From an uncultured virus (IMG/VR IMGVR_UViG_3300047445_000292) (Duplodnaviria > Heunggongvirae > Uroviricota > Caudoviricetes), in the IMG/VR virus record IMGVR_UViG_3300047445_000292: a stretch of 64,000 bases of DNA; one strand, written 5' to 3'. Made by a program: the position numbers and the translations under genes. The notes below the pieces were generated by a model that saw nothing but the letters and a program-made list of their open reading frames with translations, searched no databases and was not told where the DNA came from. This document shows positions 56,593-64,000 of this stretch, piece by piece (the first letter of the stretch is position 1; each line of letters begins with the position of its first letter).

Positions 56593-58040
56593 TGGCTCGC
56601 GCCTCCGGCTTTTTTCGGTTCATTCGATTGCAGGGCGCGGCCCTGCGGGTCGGCGTTCGGGCTGGCGTCGTTGGCATTGATGCCGCCGCTGCCTCGGCGG
56701 AAGCCAGTGCCGGCGAGCGGCGGGGCGCCCGGGGCGCGTGGGCCAGTGCCGAGGTCCCAGGCCGCTTCGTCGTCGGTCAAAAAGCCTTCGGACAACAGTT
56801 CAAGGGTCCGCGCCTGGCGCATGGTCTTGAACGCTTCCAGCTCCAGGTCCGGGCGCAGGTTGATCGGGTCGAAACGGAATTTGATGTACACGTCGGCGCC
56901 GTACAGGCGGGCGGCCAGCGTGAGGATGCGCGACAGGTTGGTTTCGACCGGGCGGCGGGCGGCGTTGGCGATCTTGAGGAACACCAGGCTTTCGGTGTTG
57001 CTCAACGATTGCGAGCCCTGCATGCGCAGGCCGAGCATCGACGGGTTGGACTTGAGCGAGGTGGCCAGCAGGCCGGAGAGGGTTTCGATCAGCGGCACAT
57101 AGTCGCTTTTCTCGCCCTGCGCCTTGAGCATGTCCGGGGTCACCGTGTCGTAAATGACCAGCGCGTCTTCCGGGTTGATGCCTTTCAGGTTTTCCTCGAT
57201 CTTGTTCTTCACCGAGTCGAGCGCCTGCTGCAACTTGTCCTTGTCCGCCTTGATGTCAGCGGGCAGCGCGGCCATCACTTGCTCGATGTTGATCTTGAGC
57301 ACCAGGCGGCCGTGGCCTTGGCGGCGCACGGCGCGGCGCATTTCTTCCAGAAAATCACCGTAGTGGTAGGTCGTGTTCACACCCGCCGAGAGCATCGAGT
57401 CGGAATAGGCGCGGTTGGCCTGACGATGCAGCTCGCTGATGAACACCGTGGGGAAGTCGAGCAGCACCGGGTCGCCTTGACTGCGGTTCTGCTGCGGCAC
57501 CTTCTTGGCCTTGGGGCCGCTGCCGACGTTCTTCCAGTCGATCGTCTCGAAAGGGATGGTGTTGATCTTGGTCGGGAAGCGCGCCTTATCCAGCACCAGC
57601 TCTTGGCACAGGGCGCTGGTCAGCACCACTTCCAGCAGGGACTGTTCCAGCAGGCTTTCAAAGCTGGTCTTGTCGCCGTAGCCCTGGCTGTAGTCAAAGA
57701 GGGTGTCGAAGCCGGCGATGATTTGCCGAGCCATCAGGCTGCCAGCCAGGTCGAACTGGCCGGATTGGGTGTTGTAGGCCTTGGCGCTGTACCCTGAAAG
57801 TGCCACTTCGACAAAGCTGAATGCTGCTGACGAAAACGTACCTTCGCGGGCATACAGGTCGCGGATCGAGCCGATCAGGTTGTTCCGTGCGCGGCTCGCA
57901 CTGATCACTTCGTTGACCGTTTGGCGGTTATCCCGCGGCACAACCTGGTCCGCCCCGGCGCGATCAAAGACCGTTTCAGTCACGGCTTTGTTCACGAGCG
58001 AGCGCGGCAAAACAATAGGTTGCGAGGTGGTTGCAGGCAC
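56589..58040 (-). CDS. Portal protein
   Basis: 483 aa between terminase and protease; low-complexity C-terminus. Confidence 0.75.
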   Translation of the reverse strand: MPATTSQPIVLPRSLVNKAVTETVFDRAGADQVVPRDNRQTVNEVISASRARNNLIGSIRDLYAREGTFSSAAFSFVEVALSGYSAKAYNTQSGQFDLAGSLMARQIIAGFDTLFDYSQGYGDKTSFESLLEQSLLEVVLTSALCQELVLDKARFPTKINTIPFETIDWKNVGSGPKAKKVPQQNRSQGDPVLLDFPTVFISELHRQANRAYSDSMLSAGVNTTYHYGDFLEEMRRAVRRQGHGRLVLKINIEQVMAALPADIKADKDKLQQALDSVKNKIEENLKGINPEDALVIYDTVTPDMLKAQGEKSDYVPLIETLSGLLATSLKSNPSMLGLRMQGSQSLSNTESLVFLKIANAARRPVETNLSRILTLAARLYGADVYIKFRFDPINLRPDLELEAFKTMRQARTLELLSEGFLTDDEAAWDLGTGPRAPGAPPLAGTGFRRGSGGINANDASPNADPQGRALQSNEPKKAGGASQ

Positions 58041-58134
58041 TTGTGTGGCCCCCCAAAGGCCCGGCGGTTATGGTGAAACCCGCTCTTATTCGTAAAGCGT
58101 AGACGTGGTTTCCAAAACGGTGGTTGCGAAGGTC

Positions 58135-58160
58135 AAAAAACCCGCAATACTCAGGGGTTT
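58135..58160 (-). terminator. Possible weak terminator after the large terminase
   Basis: Minus strand AAACCC-N11-GGGTTT-TTT. Confidence 0.35.
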
Positions 58161-59964
58161 ACCGTTGAAAACCGGGTGGCAGCCACAGGCCGGACTCGTT
58201 CTTTACGTCCTCTTCGGACTTGAGCCGCACCCGGCCCAGCGTCGGGATGTAGGGCACGACCGACTCTTTCGGCGGTACCGCGATGATCCGCCGGGCCACG
58301 TCGGCGTAGCCGAGGGAGTGGGTGTAGTGGTCATCGGCCGTGGCCACCCACTGCACGATGGTCTCGCCGGTTTCCAGGTCGCGGGTCTCGATGCGTTTGA
58401 ATGAGCGCATGTGCGCCCTGGCCAGTTCGTACTCCGAACTGTTCTTCGTCAGGCGGGTGCCGCCCTTGTTCACCCGACGCACAAGGTTGTCGTAGAGCGC
58501 GGTGCGGTTGACCGTCACCAGCCCTTCGACTTCGTCGCGGGCAATCAGCACGTCCAGGGTCTTGAGGGTTTTCGCCGGGCCGGTGTGGTAGCGGCAGGCG
58601 TAGATCAGGCCGCCGCCTTCCTTGACCAGGTGCTGGGCCAGCGTCGAGTCGGGGCCGGAGTCGACCACGCCGCAGACGCAGCCGAACAACTTGAACAGCA
58701 ACATGGTGCGCTTGCCGACGTAATTGTCCCCGTCCTGGCGGATACGTTCCTGATACAGAATGTCTTCGCCGCCGCGATCGTTGGGCACGGTGATCGTGAG
58801 CCAGCAGGTCTTGCCCACGTCGAGCCCGAGGTATGTGCCCGAGCACAGGCGGATGCCGCTGAACTCGGTGTCTTCGGGGCGCGGGACGTGCAGGGTGGTG
58901 GCGAAGTTGGCCATTTCTTCGTCCAGGAACGACGACTGCGCGTCCTCAAACGGCAAGCCTAACTTGAAGTTCACCCAGTCCTTTTTGTTCTCGTACTCGC
59001 CGAGCAAGGCCAGCGTGCGCGCCAGCGGGTTGATCGCCGGCACGTCGATGGGGATCACCTGGTAGGAGTGTTTGTCTTTGCGGTCAGGGAAGGTGTGAAT
59101 CCACTTCCGGCGGCTTGGGTCGAGGAAGTCGCGGTGCTTGAGGCTGTGCCGACACAGCGGGCACAGGAAATAGGCGTCCTGAACGTTGACCGCCGGGTTA
59201 AGCAGGTCGGAGCGTTCGAACTCGCGCAGCGATCCTTCGTAACCGGGGATCACCACGTCGCGGAAATAGTCGAGGATCATGTACTGGTGGCAGTGCGGGC
59301 ACTTGGTGGCGTAGTGCGCCTGGCTGCCCTTTTCGAACATCAGGTTGATGCCGTAGCGGAACACTGTGGGGGTGGAGAAACTGCGCTTGAGGCCTTCGCC
59401 TTCCTTGCTGTGGCCCAGGCGGGAATCGAACGTGGTCAACACCCGCTGGTTACAGAAATCCACTTCGTCGCGGAACAACGCCTGCGCCGGTACCGAAATC
59501 GCCGACACGCTGCCGAAGGTGCCGCTGATGTACAGCAGCGAGCGGCCGATGCGCTTCTGCTCGTTGTTGTTCAGATCCTTGTCGACCAGTTGCAACAGGG
59601 TTTTGGAGTCGGTCAACACCGGGTTGATCCGGCCCTGCGAAAAGCGCTTGGCCAGCGCCGAGGTCGGCATGATGTAAATGATCGTGATCTTTTTGGCGAT
59701 CGCCATCATGGCGAGCATCATCCGCACCCAAATCTCCGACGCGCCCACCTGGCTGCACTTCTGCATCGCGATGTCTTCGGCGGTGTCGGCCAGAATTTCC
59801 GGCTGGTATTCGTGTTCGTGAAACGTCCACGGCCGGCTCGGGTCTTTCGGGTCGGTGGTGTGGTTGGTCAACCACTTGGGGATGCCGCTGAAATCCCGGG
59901 CGTCGTAGGCCTGCATGCGCAGGCGCTCCAGATACACCTCCAGCTCGGGGCGAAGGCCGCTCAT
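58159..59964 (-). CDS. terL: Terminase large subunit, lambda GpA-like
   Basis: QKCSQVGASE Walker A variant, FRDEVD, STPT, CPHC/CPLC, GLDVG nuclease motif. Confidence 0.9.
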   Translation of the reverse strand: MSGLRPELEVYLERLRMQAYDARDFSGIPKWLTNHTTDPKDPSRPWTFHEHEYQPEILADTAEDIAMQKCSQVGASEIWVRMMLAMMAIAKKITIIYIMPTSALAKRFSQGRINPVLTDSKTLLQLVDKDLNNNEQKRIGRSLLYISGTFGSVSAISVPAQALFRDEVDFCNQRVLTTFDSRLGHSKEGEGLKRSFSTPTVFRYGINLMFEKGSQAHYATKCPHCHQYMILDYFRDVVIPGYEGSLREFERSDLLNPAVNVQDAYFLCPLCRHSLKHRDFLDPSRRKWIHTFPDRKDKHSYQVIPIDVPAINPLARTLALLGEYENKKDWVNFKLGLPFEDAQSSFLDEEMANFATTLHVPRPEDTEFSGIRLCSGTYLGLDVGKTCWLTITVPNDRGGEDILYQERIRQDGDNYVGKRTMLLFKLFGCVCGVVDSGPDSTLAQHLVKEGGGLIYACRYHTGPAKTLKTLDVLIARDEVEGLVTVNRTALYDNLVRRVNKGGTRLTKNSSEYELARAHMRSFKRIETRDLETGETIVQWVATADDHYTHSLGYADVARRIIAVPPKESVVPYIPTLGRVRLKSEEDVKNESGLWLPPGFQR

Positions 59965-60542
59965 TGCAGACCCTCCAGGCGCACCCGCAGGCGCTCCAGG
60001 AACTGCTCTTTCAGTTCGTCTTTCAGCTCGACCAGGATGTCCACGGTCGCCGCTTCCACCGCACGCATGCGCTCCATCGACATGATCCGGGCGTGGTTGT
60101 CCATCAGGGTCTTGATCATGATGTTGCAGGTGGTCAGCACCTCTTTCGCCTCGCGCACGTTGCAGCCTTCGCGCAAATGGCCGTTGGGGAAAACGTGTTG
60201 CCGCAGGTTCTGCACCGCGACGATCTGCAGGCCCATTTCATCGGCCAGTGAGAAGTCGGCGCCGTAACCTTGGCCGGTCACTTCCAGCGTGCCGGCGGGC
60301 AGGGCGGACACCAGCTTGTGCAGCTGCTCTTTGTTCAGGCGTGGCAGGAAATCGTGGATGAATACACTCAGCCCGGTGGCGGTGCGGCCCATGTCGGTCT
60401 CGGCGAACGCCGCGGATCGCGGACTGATGCCCAGGATCGGGCCGTCCATGGCCTCCGGCATCGGCTGCAAGCCTTCGCTCTTGGGTGGTTCTGGCGGCGC
60501 TTTGCGCACGGCCGGCGCGTCGAAATCAGATAATTCGCTCAT
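59961..60542 (-). CDS. Hypothetical protein, candidate terminase small subunit
   Basis: Helical, directly upstream of and overlapping terL. Confidence 0.5.
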   Translation of the reverse strand: MSELSDFDAPAVRKAPPEPPKSEGLQPMPEAMDGPILGISPRSAAFAETDMGRTATGLSVFIHDFLPRLNKEQLHKLVSALPAGTLEVTGQGYGADFSLADEMGLQIVAVQNLRQHVFPNGHLREGCNVREAKEVLTTCNIMIKTLMDNHARIMSMERMRAVEAATVDILVELKDELKEQFLERLRVRLEGLQ

Positions 60543-60544
60543 GG

Positions 60545-60895
60545 TCAGCCCCGCCGTAGGATTTTGCTGTCGTAGATCCGCACTTCGTCCGGGTCCAGTC
60601 CGGTGGACTGCATCAGCAGCACCGGTTGCGGTTCGACGGTGTAGGCGATTTTTGAGCGGACCATGATGGTCTCGCGGGTCAGTTCGAAACGCACCCAGCC
60701 GCAGGCGGTGGCCTGCTTGATGAACTCGGCGGGGCCGCGGCCATCGGCGGCCATACCGTCCGTGACCAGGCTCAGCCCGGAGAGAATTTCCAGCCATTCC
60801 GCAAACGCCCGCCACCCACACAACACGGCGGGGTTGAACGGGAGTTTGATCAGGCTGGCGGCGAGTTTCTGGAACGCTTCCTCTTCGGCAGACAT
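60545..60895 (-). CDS. Hypothetical protein
   Basis: ATG at 60895, tiles with the downstream gene. Confidence 0.55.
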   Translation of the reverse strand: MSAEEEAFQKLAASLIKLPFNPAVLCGWRAFAEWLEILSGLSLVTDGMAADGRGPAEFIKQATACGWVRFELTRETIMVRSKIAYTVEPQPVLLMQSTGLDPDEVRIYDSKILRRG

Positions 60896-61112
60896 GCCGG
60901 AGCCGCGTCCCGTGCGAGAAATCACACTGGATTGAGACAAGATGGTGCCCCCAAGGTCGCAAACCCCGAGTGCTACAGTGTCCTTGTGGACGGCGGGCCT
61001 GTAATCAGGCCTCTGGCTGTATGGTGCACCCGGCTTGACTTGCCTCAAATACGAGGCAAGGTATTTCCCAGTATAGGTGGGGTTCAGTTTTACTCGGTCC
61101 AGGAGGGCTGAA

Positions 61113-61367
61113 ATGGGAGAGGCGCGCAAACCGGAAACCGTGATTCTGCTACGTCGAAACGGCAACGCCACGAAGGTTGAACTGTTCTCGGCGTTGCAAT
61201 TTCCGACCGAGAAATTTGAGAACAACGACGGCGAACCCGTCATCTTGAACCAGCGGAATCACTACTACCGAGTGCGGATTGACGGGGTTTGGGTACCACT
61301 GGGGATCAGGCGACTGTACACGCAGACCCAGTGCCACGACTTAATCAAAGGGGCAATGTTCGAATGA
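61113..61367 (+). CDS. Hypothetical protein
   Basis: AGGAGG SD, ATG at 61113. Confidence 0.65.
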   Translation: MGEARKPETVILLRRNGNATKVELFSALQFPTEKFENNDGEPVILNQRNHYYRVRIDGVWVPLGIRRLYTQTQCHDLIKGAMFE

Positions 61368-61747
61368 GACTCAGCGACTATGTGGCACTGAAATTGGCCG
61401 GACCCGACTGTGGGGTGTTCAAGGCCTGGCGCACGATGGTGTGGGCCGTTTGGGCGCTGGTGATCAAGCCCGAAACCTTCACGGTGAAGGACCTGGGCGA
61501 GCCAGTCGAGATGGGGGTGGGGGGCGGGCAGGTGTGGCGGTTGCTGCGTGGTGTGCTGGAGGTTGTGATGGGTGCACTCAAGATCCTGACCAGCGCGCTC
61601 GCCATCGCCTTGCTGCTGGTTTACATGGCGCTGACCCCTTTTTCTGTTGTGCTGATGCGTCTGACCGCGAAGGTGCTGGCCAAGCGCAACATGCGCCGCC
61701 GCGCCAAGCTGTTGGCAGAAGCGCGGGCGAACATGGAGTCGCGTTAG
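61364..61747 (+). CDS. Hypothetical membrane protein
   Basis: Long hydrophobic segment followed by a basic tail; ATGA coupling. Confidence 0.6.
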   Translation: MRLSDYVALKLAGPDCGVFKAWRTMVWAVWALVIKPETFTVKDLGEPVEMGVGGGQVWRLLRGVLEVVMGALKILTSALAIALLLVYMALTPFSVVLMRLTAKVLAKRNMRRRAKLLAEARANMESR

Positions 61748-62082
61748 TCCTCCCCGGAATAGCCGATTGTTTCCCGCGACTTGTCACCATCGGGCCGCAT
61801 GCGGTTGGTGTTGGGGTCTTTGAACCAACCCTGCGGTTCTTCATCCCGTTCCGGGTCAAACGCCAGCATGGCGGCGATGGCCTCGGCCACGCTGGTGTAG
61901 CAGTAGCACGCCTCAAACCCGCAATAGTCGAGGTTGAAGAACAGCCGGCCCTTGCCGTAGGTCATGTTAGCGACGGCCATCCAGCGGCCATCCGGCAGTT
62001 GCAGGGCGTGGTTGTAACCCATGCCCAGCACCTGTTCCTCGGTCATCAGGTCACCGACCCGGGGAGCTTTTTGTTTATTCAC
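61744..62082 (-). CDS. Hypothetical phage protein
   Basis: 112 aa, YCY...AEA..A......EPQGW. Confidence 0.65.
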   Translation of the reverse strand: MNKQKAPRVGDLMTEEQVLGMGYNHALQLPDGRWMAVANMTYGKGRLFFNLDYCGFEACYCYTSVAEAIAAMLAFDPERDEEPQGWFKDPNTNRMRPDGDKSRETIGYSGED

Positions 62083-62110
62083 AACTCACAACTCACAATT
62101 CATGGTTCAT
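62076..62110. repeat. Heptamer array 4; candidate parS
   Basis: TATTCAC-AACTCAC-AACTCAC-AATTCAT-GGTTCAT in 7-bp phase. Confidence 0.8.
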
Positions 62111-62111
62111 G

Positions 62112-62474
62112 TCACGCCGTGCCGCCGGGGCGGGCCATCATGAAGGCAATGCGCTGCGCCGCGAATTGGTCGATTTCGGCCATGATCGAGCTGATCCACG
62201 CATTTGCCTCGGCTTCACCCTGCTGGACCTTGTCCATCAGCAGTTTCATCAGCATCTGACAAGCCGCGAACTGCGCCTGTTCGGTTTCGCGGATCTGGTC
62301 GGCCTTGGCGGTGGCGGGGATGCACCCGACCCGGTAGGCCTCGATGATGTGCGCGATCGAACTCGCGCTATCGAGCATTCCCTTCATGCGTTCCATGCGG
62401 GCCAGCGTCTCGGGGTTCTGCGCCGCGCTTTCGCGTATCCGGCGCAGCATTTCCTCTTTGTCGTTCACATTCAT
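62112..62474 (-). CDS. Hypothetical helical protein
   Basis: 120 aa, AAAGGA SD. Confidence 0.65.
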   Translation of the reverse strand: MNVNDKEEMLRRIRESAAQNPETLARMERMKGMLDSASSIAHIIEAYRVGCIPATAKADQIRETEQAQFAACQMLMKLLMDKVQQGEAEANAWISSIMAEIDQFAAQRIAFMMARPGGTA

Positions 62475-62497
62475 GTGTAGCGGTCCTTTTCAGGTAG

Positions 62498-63082
62498 TTA
62501 CGCGAGCTGGATGCGGTTCATCGTCCAGCCAAACACGTACTTCTTGTTTTTCGGTCGGTCTTCGGTGCGGCCGAGGTAATACACCGCCTGCTGGCTGTTG
62601 ATCAGAGCCAGCAGGCAGTGTTCGCCTTGTGTCTTGCGCAATTTCAGGAAGGCATCCAGGGCGATAAAGCTCTTTTCCCCCAGGTCGCCGTCCACCTTGA
62701 GCTGCGGATAGTTTACAACACCGTCGCCGTCCGGGTCGTTCAGTGCGTTGAGCGCCCGCTGCAGGAAGGTCGCGGCCTGACTCGGCGGCAGGTTCACCTC
62801 GATTTCAAACAGCTCGGCGGCCAGCGGGCGGCTGCGCAGCAGCACCTGGTCGAAGTGCGGCTTGACGAAGTAGTTGCGCAGGTAAAGCAACTCGGCCATG
62901 TCCCGCGGGTAATCCTTCATCGCGCCCTTGTAGCCGTCAGCGCGAGCCACGGCCTCGGTCACGCCCCAGCGGGTTGCGCCCCCGGCGTCATTAGGGTCGA
63001 TGCGCCCATTTCCGTCCCCCTCGATGCCGATCAGCTCGGCAATGATCTTGTCGATTTCCGGCGTCCGTGTGATCAGCCCCAT
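62498..63082 (-). CDS. Endolysin, glycoside hydrolase family 108 with C-terminal peptidoglycan-binding domain
   Basis: IEG.....DPND.GGAT.WGVT; LQRALN, VDG..G..S, FGW..NR. Confidence 0.88.
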   Translation of the reverse strand: MGLITRTPEIDKIIAELIGIEGDGNGRIDPNDAGGATRWGVTEAVARADGYKGAMKDYPRDMAELLYLRNYFVKPHFDQVLLRSRPLAAELFEIEVNLPPSQAATFLQRALNALNDPDGDGVVNYPQLKVDGDLGEKSFIALDAFLKLRKTQGEHCLLALINSQQAVYYLGRTEDRPKNKKYVFGWTMNRIQLA

Positions 63083-63372
63083 TACGCCACCTTCTTCGCG
63101 GCGACCACGGCGGTCAGCTGGCTCACGCGCTCGGCCAGGCGGCTCAGGCGCTGCTCGAAAATGTGCGCGAACTCGCCTTGCCCCTCACCACGAACCACCG
63201 CCATCGCGGCATCCATGCTCATTGGGATAATCACCGGGCTGCTGCTTTCAGGCAGCTGGGCCAGGTGTGCTTCGGCTTCGTCGGTGTGGGTGTAGACGCC
63301 GGCAACCACCAGAGAGTGGCGTGCTTCGTCCAGCCGGTAGAGCACCAGCGCTTCGGGTGTGATTTCGCTCAT
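63082..63372 (-). CDS. Hypothetical protein
   Basis: ATG at 63372; TAATG coupling to the endolysin. Confidence 0.6.
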   Translation of the reverse strand: MSEITPEALVLYRLDEARHSLVVAGVYTHTDEAEAHLAQLPESSSPVIIPMSMDAAMAVVRGEGQGEFAHIFEQRLSRLAERVSQLTAVVAAKKVA

Positions 63373-63707
63373 GGGGAGACCTATCGAAAAATCAGCTCGG
63401 CCGTCTTCGGGTGAGTGAAACGCTCGCGGCCTTGGGATTAAGACTAGGTGAGGATCGCAAAAATATTTTGCATTGCCTTGAAATCGGGGCAAAAGGACCC
63501 TCAAAACCGGGGGTACTGTCTCAGTTTTGAAACTTTTTTAACTATTTTTTCGATGTGCTGGGAACCGTTTGTGGTAAGGCTTTGCCCGGAAAGATTGTCC
63601 GACAAACGGTGTTTTTTGATGGCGTTTTTGTGAATGTCAAGGGGGGAAAAGATGGTGGGCTGATTGTCTTTTTACCTAAATGCTCCGTATCCTATTGACC
63701 AGTAACG

Positions 63708-63739
63708 AAAAAGCCCCCGCTGTTTAGGCGAGGGCTTTT
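63708..63739. terminator. Bidirectional rho-independent terminator
   Basis: AAAAAGCCCCCGC-tgtttag-GCGAGGGCTTTT. Confidence 0.7.
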
Positions 63740-63741
63740 CG

Positions 63742-64000
63742 GGCTGGTGGGTATTGCAAGTACCGCCAGCCAAGGTCTCGGGGAATTCTGCTTTAAGACG
63801 GCGGGATACGAGACCGGGTCTAAAAAGTATACGCGGTTTTTAGCCGTGTGTTCAACCACGCCCGCCTCACCCCCGTAACCCTTCCATCGTGCGTCTGGAT
63901 CAAGATGGGGCGTTTGTTCGCCTATTGGGCCGCGATGCGTAGAACCCCCCACAAGGATCATCGTCTTACGGGGGTCGGTATAGCCAGGTGAGCGAACCCC
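63742..64000 (-). ncRNA. Candidate structured non-coding RNA/element (may be truncated by the window edge)
   Basis: At least six inverted-repeat stems, including a perfect 10-bp long-range pair, ending at a terminator. Confidence 0.35.

Larger units (their letters stand above)
1..64000. mobile_element. Tailed dsDNA bacteriophage genome segment (siphovirus-like), probable phage-plasmid, likely Pseudomonas host
   Basis: Terminase, portal, protease, capsid, tail, tape measure, lysin and replication genes. parA plus RHH gene present. No tail sheath and no integrase recognised. Both window edges fall inside the element. Confidence 0.93.

Noticed and set aside
63692..63961. 89-aa minus-strand ORF
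   Set aside because: Runs through a terminator and multiple stems, with no SD and no recognisable motifs
1..64000. tRNA, rRNA, integrase/att, IS elements, DNA-modification genes
   Set aside because: None recognised by eye; absence needs confirmation by tRNAscan and HMM searches

Overview
The window is most of the genome of a GC-rich tailed dsDNA phage, probably a long-tailed siphovirus and probably infecting Pseudomonas (it carries MvaT/MvaU-like and AmrZ-like genes). It has two convergent arms. The + strand arm (1-32.4 kb) holds about 40 small accessory genes (DUF3846, DUF3085, DUF932 and YkgJ-like among them), a ParA plus ribbon-helix-helix partition pair, and an island with two MvaT-like proteins followed by an AmrZ/Arc-like regulator. 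It ends in a replication/recombination module: AEP primase-helicase, SNF2 helicase, full-length family A polymerase, Dda/RecD-like helicase, PD-(D/E)xK nuclease and SbcD/SbcC. The - strand arm (63.4-32.4 kb) holds the endolysin, GpA-like terminase, portal, S49 protease/scaffold, capsid, tail genes, a 2218-aa tape measure, tail fibres and a holin. No integrase, CRISPR array, tRNA or reverse transcriptase was seen. The best leads are: (1) four dispersed arrays of an AATTCAC-type heptamer, one upstream of parA, suggesting a multi-centromere type Ib partition system of a phage-plasmid; (2) tandem MvaT paralogues whose KGGNH DNA-binding motif is replaced, so candidate counter-silencers; (3) an Aca1-like HTH protein; (4) repeated structured leaders in the early arm; (5) a highly structured non-coding element at the right edge. 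All family calls are motif recognition by eye, without database searches.
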